Source of the DNA: Candidatus Caldarchaeum sp. | Lineage (GTDB): Archaea > Thermoproteota > Nitrososphaeria_A > Caldarchaeales > Caldarchaeaceae | NCBI GenBank assembly: GCA_038844785.1 | Contig: JAWBRA010000024.1 | Coordinates: 1-25,415, forward strand | Direction: 5' to 3' | Length of the DNA stretch: 25,415 nt | Shown: positions 17,520 to 25,101 of the stretch, in pieces | Layout: each line of letters starts with the position of its first letter | Position numbering within the stretch: position 1 is the stretch's first letter | Position numbers and translations under genes: made by a program | The notes under the pieces: model-generated | The model's database searches: none | Told to the model about the DNA's origin: nothing | The model's input: the letters and a program-made list of their open reading frames with translations, nothing else

Positions 17520-18332
17520 TCACCCCCTGACCGTAACTAGCTGGCTTGCCTTGATCTTCTCCAAGCCGAACAATGCGGCACCTATGGCTCCACAGTACAT
17601 CGTCAGGCTTGAGGTGTTTATCTTCATGTTGAGCTGTTCCTCCAAACATTTGACCATCCCGACGTTCTGTGAAACACCTCCAGTGAAAGTTAGCTCCGGC
17701 TCTATCCCAACTCTGCGCAGCAAGCCTATGGACCTTACCGCCATAGCTGTGTGGACGCCGTAGAGAACGTCTTCGATGCTGTTACCCCATGCAAGCTGCT
17801 CCATCGTCTCGGTTTCGGCGAAGACGGCGCATGTGCTGGAGATTTTAACTGGTTTCTTGCCTTTAAGCGAGAGCTCACCAACCTCGCTTAGGCTTAGGCC
17901 TAGGACTTTTGCAGCGCCTTCAATGAACCTTCCTGTCCCGGCGGCGCATTTGTCGTTCATGCAGAAGTCAACAACCTCGCCTCTTTCGTTTATCCTGATG
18001 GCTTTGGTGTCTTGACCACCCATGTCGAGGACTGTCCTTGTTTTTGGAAACAGGAAGTGGGCGCCCTTAGCATGGCAGCTTATCTCCGTCACCTGCATGT
18101 TGCCGAAGGTTATGTTGTATCTTCCGTAACCCGTGCCGACAAGGATGGAAACGTCGCTCTCAGATATGCCTGCCTTCTGCAGTACCTCGTTAAAGGCTTT
18201 TTTCGCCGCCTCGTTTATCCTAACCCCTGTCATCAGTATGGAGACTGCTATAAGCCTCTCATGCTCATCGATTATTGCGGCTTTTGTGTATGTGGAGCCT
18301 GCGTCGACACCTACCGCGTATATCCCAGACAT
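17520..18332 (-). CDS. bcrA: Class I benzoyl-CoA reductase ATP-binding subunit (BcrA/BzdQ-like ASKHA activase, short form)
   Basis: GVDAGSTYTK, GTGYGR, TEISCHAKGA, LDMGGQDTK, MNDKCAAGTGRF, ISSTCAVFAE, TGGV. Confidence 0.8.
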   Translation of the reverse strand: MSGIYAVGVDAGSTYTKAAIIDEHERLIAVSILMTGVRINEAAKKAFNEVLQKAGISESDVSILVGTGYGRYNITFGNMQVTEISCHAKGAHFLFPKTRTVLDMGGQDTKAIRINERGEVVDFCMNDKCAAGTGRFIEGAAKVLGLSLSEVGELSLKGKKPVKISSTCAVFAETETMEQLAWGNSIEDVLYGVHTAMAVRSIGLLRRVGIEPELTFTGGVSQNVGMVKCLEEQLNMKINTSSLTMYCGAIGAALFGLEKIKASQLVTVRG

Positions 18333-18335
18333 TTT

Positions 18336-19619
18336 CTACTCCCTCTTCCTGATTGACAGGCTTTCGAAGAATGCGTCAACCCTGTTTTTGAGCTGGGCCT
18401 CGCTGTAGTATCTCGGGTCCACGTGGTCTGACTCAATGTGAAGGGCTGGGACGTCTAGGTTTTTTATCAGGTACTCCCTTATGTCTCCATGTCCCATCGA
18501 GAATGAACGGCAGCTCTTTATCGAATGAATGACAACTCCGTCAGCGCTGTATTCCCGTACATATTTGCTGATAAGGTCTTTCCTCATAATCATGTTCCAG
18601 TTGCAGTATGCGTGAATCATGTATTCTGCGAGAGAATCTAAAGGCTTGTCGGCGTTGAGCTTGAAAACATCGACGTCAACCATTCCCGCAACCTTCGGGT
18701 ATGTTGAGGCGACGCATCTGGCGTTCCAGGTTTTGAACAGGTTCCAGAAACGTTTGAAGAAGGGATAGTTGGGAACCCCCTCGAAAACTAGTCTGAACCT
18801 TTCTTCAGGTGTTGGGCCCACTCCTTTCTCGTAGCGTTCCTGAAGTTCTTTGAGAAGGTATGCGTAGAAATCAACACATTCTCTGCTGCCTCTAAGCAGG
18901 GTTATCGCCGACATGTAGTAGATTGCTTCGAAGTAGGCGTCGAGAGGTGAGGGTTTCAGCTTACCCATGTGGAGGCATTTCTTCCAAAGCTCCCAAGCCT
19001 CAGCCGACAACCTGATGTATTCTTTCAGCTTCTCTTCATCATACCTAACTCCTGTGAACTGCTCCAGCTTTGGAATGAGCTCCTCGAGCTGGGATGAGAC
19101 ATACTTTATGTCATGTTTGGGAACGCCGCCGTTATAGTTTCTTATGTAGGGGATGTCTACGGTGAAGACAGGCGTCTTCGTGATGTACTGGTATTGCTCC
19201 CACCAGTGTATGTATATCTGGCATCCCGAATAAGTGAGCATCGCCATGTCTGGTGTCGGTATGTACCCTATCGGGGTCTGTCCCTTGTTAAGGACTGTGG
19301 CAACTCCCATCTTGACATACCCGCAGCAGTCTGTTGAGTAGCCGAACTCCTCGGACAAGCCGATGACGGAGGGGGCGCCTCCCCTGTAGGAGATTTGCAG
19401 CGATGTTATCTCAGGGTAGACCGGGGCTATGTTGAAGGCCCTTAAAAGCTCTATGGGGTTTGCCATGACGAAGCAGTAGGCCACCTTACCCCCGCTCGCC
19501 TTTACATCCCTAACCCATCTGTAGTATTGTTTCACTAGCTCTCCTTGAAGTTGTTTAGCCCTGTCGAGGCCGGCTTCCTCGGCCGTGGGCTGGGCGGTTA
19601 ATGCCGACTGAGTCGTCAT
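18336..19619 (-). CDS. bcrB: Class I benzoyl-CoA reductase subunit B (BcrB/BadE; HgdA family)
   Basis: PVYPEITSLQ, GYSTDCCGYVK, YSGC, SIKSCRSFS.G, IESDHVDPRYYSEAQLKNR resemble BcrB. ATG at 19619 preferred (TATA GTATATAA 25 nt upstream); ORF opens at TTG 19643. Confidence 0.88.
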   Translation of the reverse strand: MTTQSALTAQPTAEEAGLDRAKQLQGELVKQYYRWVRDVKASGGKVAYCFVMANPIELLRAFNIAPVYPEITSLQISYRGGAPSVIGLSEEFGYSTDCCGYVKMGVATVLNKGQTPIGYIPTPDMAMLTYSGCQIYIHWWEQYQYITKTPVFTVDIPYIRNYNGGVPKHDIKYVSSQLEELIPKLEQFTGVRYDEEKLKEYIRLSAEAWELWKKCLHMGKLKPSPLDAYFEAIYYMSAITLLRGSRECVDFYAYLLKELQERYEKGVGPTPEERFRLVFEGVPNYPFFKRFWNLFKTWNARCVASTYPKVAGMVDVDVFKLNADKPLDSLAEYMIHAYCNWNMIMRKDLISKYVREYSADGVVIHSIKSCRSFSMGHGDIREYLIKNLDVPALHIESDHVDPRYYSEAQLKNRVDAFFESLSIRKRE

Positions 19620-19661
19620 CGGTGTCTGATGCCCGCGTTTCAATTATATACTTTCGGACTA

Positions 19662-19673
19662 ATTTCTATAAAT
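19662..19673. promoter_or_regulatory. Putative operator ATTTCTATAAAT upstream of the bcrBADC operon
   Basis: Identical to 7698-7709 and also 43 nt from the start codon (19619), 10 nt upstream of the TATA box. Confidence 0.65.
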
Positions 19674-19675
19674 TA

Positions 19676-20599
19676 TCAACGCCTACGACGCATCAGCAAA
19701 CCCATGTAACCCTGCACGCTTATCTTCAAAAGCCTGTTCAGCAGGATGTCTCCAACATAGCTGTCGAGCCCGTTAAAGCCAATCCCATGTTTCGCAAGAA
19801 GTTTTTTACGCAGGCTTTCAGCTATGGCGTTTGCCCCCAGCCCCTCGTCAAGCAAACGCTCTACCTCGTCCCTCCACGCCGTTATAACCGCCGCCTCTTC
19901 TTCAAACAGCCGGCTCTCAGCCTCTCTAAATCCGAAGTGTGGTGTGTAGAGCTTCGCGGGCTTCAGGCTTCTTATCTTTTCAAGGCTCTGTAGGGCTGAG
20001 TCGACGTCGTAGAACGGCGGGCTTGCGGGCGGCAGCGGGAACGGAAGTGCTGGATGTCTAACGCATACGGCGTCGCCTGTGAAGACCGAGTCCTCGTTCG
20101 CCAAGTACAGTGAGATGTGGCCTGGCGCATGCCCCGGCGTGAACAACACCTCCAGCCCGACGTCGCCCAGCTCGTAGCTTTCTTCCCTAACAGGCTCTAT
20201 CCTCTCGGGCTGTATCGGCTGCAAGCCTCCGATGTAATGTGCTATGTCTTCTCCGAAGGCAGCCAGCGCTGCGTCAACAAGTCTAGACGGGTCGAGAAGC
20301 ACTCTCAAAGCGGCTTCATGCACCATAAGCTGAGCGTTGGGCATGTTCTGCAATGCTGTGTGAGAGCCGCCTGAGTGGTCTAGGTGGAAATGGGTTAGAA
20401 AAACATATTTCACGTCGCCGAGTTTGACGCCGAGTTCACGCAAACCGTTCAAGATAAAGCTCCATGAAGTCGAGTATCCGACGTCGACCAGAGCGGCCTC
20501 CCCATCTCCCTTAACCACGTAACAGGCCACAGAACCCTTCGAGCCGTAGCCGTTTGTGTCGATTATCGCTACACACCTGCTGACCCAGCTGCCCGACAT
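19676..20599 (-). CDS. Metallo-beta-lactamase-fold hydrolase
   Basis: LVDVG, THFHLDHSGG, TPGHAPGH, FTGDA, PHFG. Confidence 0.92.
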   Translation of the reverse strand: MSGSWVSRCVAIIDTNGYGSKGSVACYVVKGDGEAALVDVGYSTSWSFILNGLRELGVKLGDVKYVFLTHFHLDHSGGSHTALQNMPNAQLMVHEAALRVLLDPSRLVDAALAAFGEDIAHYIGGLQPIQPERIEPVREESYELGDVGLEVLFTPGHAPGHISLYLANEDSVFTGDAVCVRHPALPFPLPPASPPFYDVDSALQSLEKIRSLKPAKLYTPHFGFREAESRLFEEEAAVITAWRDEVERLLDEGLGANAIAESLRKKLLAKHGIGFNGLDSYVGDILLNRLLKISVQGYMGLLMRRRR

Positions 20600-20755
20600 T
20601 CCTGAAAAAGCCGCCGCTCACTGGGTTATTTAGCTGTCAAACCTATTTATAGAAGATTTTAGCGAGCTGCTTATATCCGGTACGTCGGGATAATTTATAT
20701 AAATAAACATCTAACGAATATTATCAATCGTTCTGGTTTAGAACCAGGTTTTTGG
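20600..20755. promoter_or_regulatory. Divergent promoter region with two copies of the ATTTMTAKAAAT motif (20645-20656, 20693-20704) and further palindromes
   Basis: ATTTATAGAAGA at 20645, perfect palindrome ATTTATATAAAT at 20693, TATCC-N9-GGATA at 20674-20692, CTGGTT-N3-AACCAG at 20733-20747. Confidence 0.6.
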
Positions 20756-21646
20756 ATGAGGCTTAAGATAAGGTTTCACGGAAGGGGTGGTCAGGGGATA
20801 AAAACAGCGGGGAGAATAGTTGGGACCGCCGCCTTCCTCGAAGGCTATGCCGTCCAAGATTCGCCGATGTACGGTCCTGAGCGCAGGGGGGCGCACGTCA
20901 TCTCGTTTGTGAGAATCTCTGATGACGGTGTTGGAGGAAGGGGGTATATTTTCGACCCCGACGCGGTTATAGTGGCTGACACGTCGCTAGTAAGCCTTAC
21001 GCCCAGCCCTCTTCAAGGATTGAAGGAGGGTGGCGTGGTTGTTCTAAACTCTCAACGGAATGTTCTTCAGGTCCATGGATACGCTTATGTGGCCTACGAC
21101 GTTTCTTCTTCGGCTTCGAGGCTGCTGGGGATGAGGAGCGCCATAAGCTCAGGCTTGGCCGCCTTGGCATGCAAAGCCCTGGGAATAGCACGATGGAGCT
21201 CGGTTGAAGAAGCTGTTAAAGAGGAGATGGCTGAGCTCGGGCTTGGGGATGAGCTGGTCGAGGCCAACATCAAGCTCGCTGAAGAATGCTACATGAACCC
21301 GCCGACCATCAAGCCTTCGACGGAAAACAATAGTTTACAACCTGCGGAAAGCAGAGTGGTGGAATTATCTTACGTAGTCCCAAGCCTGTCGACAGCCATG
21401 ATACTCAACCTCGGCAACACCGTTTATAAAAAGACCGGTGCTTGGAGGAGTGTCACACCAGTAATCGACTATGGTAAATGTACCCGCTGCATGGTGTGCT
21501 ACGTGTACTGCCCCGATTCATGCATATCACTTGAGGAAGACCTGACGCCGAGGATAGACTACGACAACTGCAAAGGCTGCCTCGTCTGCTTCACAGAATG
21601 CCCCATAAAAGCGGTTAAGCTCGTTGAGGGGGGAGGAATCGTTTGA
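20756..21646 (+). CDS. porC: 2-oxoacid:ferredoxin oxidoreductase gamma subunit fused to delta (2x[4Fe-4S]) subunit
   Basis: HGRGGQG, YGPERRGA, KTGAWR, CTRCMVCYVYCPD, CKGCLVCFTECP. Confidence 0.9.
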   Translation: MRLKIRFHGRGGQGIKTAGRIVGTAAFLEGYAVQDSPMYGPERRGAHVISFVRISDDGVGGRGYIFDPDAVIVADTSLVSLTPSPLQGLKEGGVVVLNSQRNVLQVHGYAYVAYDVSSSASRLLGMRSAISSGLAALACKALGIARWSSVEEAVKEEMAELGLGDELVEANIKLAEECYMNPPTIKPSTENNSLQPAESRVVELSYVVPSLSTAMILNLGNTVYKKTGAWRSVTPVIDYGKCTRCMVCYVYCPDSCISLEEDLTPRIDYDNCKGCLVCFTECPIKAVKLVEGGGIV

Positions 21647-22899
21647 AGAAGATGCTGACTGGAAACTCTGCCGCAGCATGGGGTGCGAGGGTTTCAGACG
21701 TCGACTACATAGCTGCATACCCTATAACGCCACAGTCCGAAATAGTCGAGACATTGTCTAGGTGGGTTGCGGAGGGTGTTGTGAAAGCTAGGTTTGTGAA
21801 CTTTGAATCAGAGCATTCGATGATCACCGCGGCGGGAGCCGCATCCCTTACCGGCGCCCGCTCGTTTACAGCTACTTCGAGCCAAGGCTTGTTCTACGCT
21901 TTTGAAGCGCTTTACACGGTTTCTGGATGGCGTGCCCCGATCGTGCTGGTTAACGTGGCTAGAGGGGTTGGCATGCCGATGGTTCTGCAGGTTGAGCACG
22001 GCGATGTTTTGGCGGCTAGGGACAGCGGCTTCATCCAGCTTCATGCCGAGACCTGCCAAGAAGTTTTGGACTTCATAGTTCTGGGATACAGAGTTGGTGA
22101 AGACCATGAAGTACTTCTGCCTGTAATAGTTAACATGGACGGCTTCGTTTTATCGTTTGCACGAGAGCCTGTGGAAATACCTGAGAAGGAGTTGGTGGAG
22201 CAGTTTCTCCCCGAGTTCACGTATCCAAAGCCTCTGGGAGGAGAGGAAGGAAGCATGGTTGCTTACGCGCCCACGGTGACCGAGGGAGCGCCTTACACCT
22301 TCTTCAAATACCAGCTACACATGGCGGCTCTCAGGGCTAAGGACGTTTTCAAACAGGCTGCGAAAGATTTTCGGAAAATATTCGGCAGGGAGCATGACGT
22401 TGTTGAAAGGTTTATGATGGATGACGCCGAGTACGCCGTGGTCTGCTCAAACTCCTACAGCTCGATAATCAGGGCTGGTGTGGAAAAGTTGAGGAGGGCG
22501 GGTTTGAAGGTTGGAATGGTTAGGCTGAAGATGATAAGACCTTTCCCGAGCGAGGAGCTGAGAGAAGCTCTGTCCAATGTGCAAGCCGTGGCTGTTTTCG
22601 AGCAGAACATATCGCTAGGTAAGGGGGGCGCGCTATATCCTGAAGTCGTCGAAGCCCTCTACCATTCACAGCAAAAACCATCAGCCATCGTTTCCTTCAT
22701 AGGAGGGCTTGGAGGAGCTAACATAGGGGAAGAGGAAGTCGGCTACATGGTCAGCGTTGCGATGGATGCTGCGAAGAAAGGCAAGATACCAAAAGGCCCT
22801 GTTCTAGTGTTCAGAGAAGACGACTGGACGAGGCTTAGAGAGTATCTCAGGATAGCGGGCATACCGTCTGAGATTATCGAGGCGATGCATCATGCCTGA
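21643..22899 (+). CDS. porA: 2-oxoacid:ferredoxin oxidoreductase alpha subunit
   Basis: TGNSAAAW, YPITPQSEI, ESEHS, ATSSQGL, DGFVLS, IRPFP, IGGLGG. Confidence 0.93.
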   Translation: MKKMLTGNSAAAWGARVSDVDYIAAYPITPQSEIVETLSRWVAEGVVKARFVNFESEHSMITAAGAASLTGARSFTATSSQGLFYAFEALYTVSGWRAPIVLVNVARGVGMPMVLQVEHGDVLAARDSGFIQLHAETCQEVLDFIVLGYRVGEDHEVLLPVIVNMDGFVLSFAREPVEIPEKELVEQFLPEFTYPKPLGGEEGSMVAYAPTVTEGAPYTFFKYQLHMAALRAKDVFKQAAKDFRKIFGREHDVVERFMMDDAEYAVVCSNSYSSIIRAGVEKLRRAGLKVGMVRLKMIRPFPSEELREALSNVQAVAVFEQNISLGKGGALYPEVVEALYHSQQKPSAIVSFIGGLGGANIGEEEVGYMVSVAMDAAKKGKIPKGPVLVFREDDWTRLREYLRIAGIPSEIIEAMHHA

Positions 22900-23803
22900 G
22901 CCGACGGCTTTCAGAACATTGAAGGACACGCCGCGGAACGACTTTCTAACGTCAGGCTCCCCGCTTTGCGCAGGCTGTGGTGGAGAGCTTTTGCTGAGGC
23001 TGGCGTTAAAGGTTTTGGGGCCCAAAACCATTGTGGTCAGCGTACCCGGCTGCCTCGCCTTGCTGGAGCTCTACCCCTACGTCTCTATAAAGAATCCGAT
23101 GCTGTTTGCACCGTTCGGAGCTGGGCCGGCTGCTGTCCAGGGCTTGGTCGACGGAATACTGGCTAGGGTTGAGAAGGGAAAGAGACGTGACCCAGATGTA
23201 AAAGTGCTGCTGTTAACAGGCGACGGAGCTGCCTACGACATAGGTTTGCAGGCTACGTCGGGAGCCATACACAGGGGTCTCGACTTCTTCTATCTCGTCT
23301 ACGACAACGAAGCCTACGGCAACACTGGCTTCCAGTTCTCAAGCGCTACACTGCCGTATTCTTGGACCTCGACAACACCTGCGGGAAACCCAAGCAGTAA
23401 AAAAGATTTGTTCGAGATATGGAGGGCCCATAGGCCGCCCTACATCGCTACAGTAGCGGCTTCAAAGCCTGTAGACCTGCTGAGAAAGTTTGAGAAGGCT
23501 ATGAATATTAAAGGGCCGAAGCTTTTCATAGGGCTTGGCGTATGTCCGACGGGCTGGGGTTCCGACCCGAGCCTGATGATAAAGCTGGACAAGCTTGCCG
23601 TTGAGACAGGGCTTTTCCCGCTCAAGGAAGCGGTTGACGGAGCCGTCAAACACACATATATACCGAGGAGCAGGAAACCCGTCGAAGAATATCTCAAGCT
23701 GCAGAAGAGGTTTGAACACCTGTTCAAGCCTGTGAGACGCGACGACGTAATCCAGCAGATACAGCGTGAAGTGGACAGCTACTGGGCGAACGTCAAAGAA
23801 TAG
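22892..23803 (+). CDS. porB: 2-oxoacid:ferredoxin oxidoreductase beta (TPP-binding) subunit
   Basis: LCAGCG, GCL, GDGAAYDIG, YDNEAYGNTGFQ, CPTGW, KPVEEYLKLQKRF. Confidence 0.93.
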   Translation: MPEPTAFRTLKDTPRNDFLTSGSPLCAGCGGELLLRLALKVLGPKTIVVSVPGCLALLELYPYVSIKNPMLFAPFGAGPAAVQGLVDGILARVEKGKRRDPDVKVLLLTGDGAAYDIGLQATSGAIHRGLDFFYLVYDNEAYGNTGFQFSSATLPYSWTSTTPAGNPSSKKDLFEIWRAHRPPYIATVAASKPVDLLRKFEKAMNIKGPKLFIGLGVCPTGWGSDPSLMIKLDKLAVETGLFPLKEAVDGAVKHTYIPRSRKPVEEYLKLQKRFEHLFKPVRRDDVIQQIQREVDSYWANVKE

Positions 23804-23864
23804 TTGAGTCAGGGTTTTGACTGACGTTTACGGCTCCAGAGGCGGTGACATTTCTGCAACGGAC

Positions 23865-24232
23865 GCTTAACCATAATATTGGATGGTTGGTTTGTATTTC
23901 TTCTTGGTTTTTTCCTTAATGTTCTGTTTCAATAGAGAATCTGTCTCTGTTCTCGTATGTTTTATGGCATACGCTGCAGAATGATTGTCTCCTGTCATAC
24001 TGTGGCTGAACACCTGACGGTATAAGGAGATTCATCATATTCTTTATAGGTGAACCTCGGTATTCCATCCTAACCCATAGGTCTATCCTAACCTCTCTCC
24101 CGTCGTTAGCCTCTTGATGGAACAGGCTTTATACATGTCGGGTATTCTAAGCCAGCGGCAACATCATACCCACCTCTATAGCCTCCTTTACCGGGTATGT
24201 TTAAAGGCTGCAGCTGTGTGTTGGGTAGCCTG
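23865..24232 (-). pseudogene. Decayed inverted paralog of the AbrB/Zn-ribbon gene at 101-589 (right copy of the inverted repeat)
   Basis: Minus-strand translation RLPNTQLQPLNIPGKGGY matches KLPTTVWRSLNIPDKGDY; long identical blocks; ~27-nt deletion and several frameshifting small deletions; ends in the degenerate palindrome AACCAT-N8-ATGGTT (23869-23888). Confidence 0.88.
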
Positions 24233-24315
24233 TGGACAACAACGCTACCATGGCTGAAAGCGGTGAAGAAACGACGGAGCCTATCCGAAAACAGGTTTAT
24301 GAACCTCTCGGGAGA

Positions 24316-25101
24316 GTGGGAAGAAGGTTCTACGCCGATGTTCACACGTCTGCAGACGGTGGACGTGGAGCGAGGCCGCATGCTGTCTTCGACGGACACC
24401 ACTGTGTTAGGATGTCTCGTCTTGTGGATGTTCCCGCAGCCGAAGGCGATGAGGTTTACGTCGACATCATACCTTCAACCATTTATGACGATGTTTCAGC
24501 GCTCCTTAGCCGTAGTGTAAAGATTTTCAGGTTGAGGAGGCTAGACCTTATAGCCGCCTACAGGGAAAGGCTGTCGCTATCCAAGAGTGACTAAAACGAT
24601 GCCAAAGTATTATCGACGTTGGGTCGAGATTGTTTCAAGGAAGTTACCGCGGAATACGTTGAGCTTATGAAGCTCATCGACGAATACCATAAACAGCTTA
24701 ACCTTCTGAAGTTGGTGAAGCAGCTCAACTCGTCTGCAGAACTTGAGAAGCTCCTTAAGAGAAACAAGGAGAGGCTGGCACGTCAGATAATAAGGATGGC
24801 CAAAATAACGTTAAACAAATACGATGCGATATGCAGACAGCTGGGGCTGTCATCCAAATGCCTCTATGGAAAAGCAGCGCTAGCAGACCTGTTGCTTCAC
24901 GTAGACTTCACGGCTGGTTTGAGGAAAACCCTATGCTATGTTGGCCTCTACCAACCAAACAACGGAAGATACAACCACAGACTCAGAATGGCAGCCCAAT
25001 CCCTAGCAATAAGCTACTACAGGAAACGCAGGGTCAGAGCGAAAGAGGTTCGACAACTGCTGAAGAAAATCAAACAAATCATGGCTGGAGGCCCGGCCTG
25101 A
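24316..25101 (+). pseudogene. IS110/TasR-like RuvC + coiled-coil + Nop(Tnp)-domain protein (~260 codons) interrupted by one in-frame TAA (24592-24594)
   Basis: Track ORFs 24232..24594 and 24619..25101 are in one frame. Joined, they give FYADVH, VYVD, SKSD*NDAKVL (the IS110 KTDxxDA pattern), a helical linker, then DF...LCYVGL...YNHRLR..AQSLA resembling Transposase_20/Nop. Start placed at GTG 24316, just before the first acidic motif. Confidence 0.72.

Noticed and set aside
15549-19619. 2-hydroxyacyl-CoA dehydratase plus activator instead of benzoyl-CoA reductase
   Set aside because: Two different activase subunits, BcrB/BcrC-like motifs and adjacent dch/had/oah favour the reductase.
20733-20747. 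GTT-N3-AAC resembling a SurR site
   Set aside because: Single short match; SurR is characterised in Thermococcales and nothing here supports that host. Kept only as an unassigned palindrome.
919-23727. Numerous antisense or alternate-frame ORFs in the track (e.g. 919-1353, 5616-6293, 8122-8652, 11752-12444, 13331-13861)
   Set aside because: They overlap well-supported genes, have no recognisable motifs and look like shadow ORFs.
24087-24097. TCCTAACCTCTC resembling the joined guide segments (TCCTA + CCTCTC)
   Set aside because: Needs an insertion and mismatches and lies within the coding-derived repeat; compatible with chance.
24106-24520. ORFs 24106-24402 (-) and 24197-24520 (+) as genes
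   Set aside because: The first is a chance join of transposase antisense and the pseudogene remnant; the second is an alternate frame without motifs.
24592-24594. Selenocysteine or pyrrolysine recoding of the internal stop, with the downstream hairpin as SECIS
   Set aside because: The codon is TAA, not TGA or TAG, and sits at a variable motif position.
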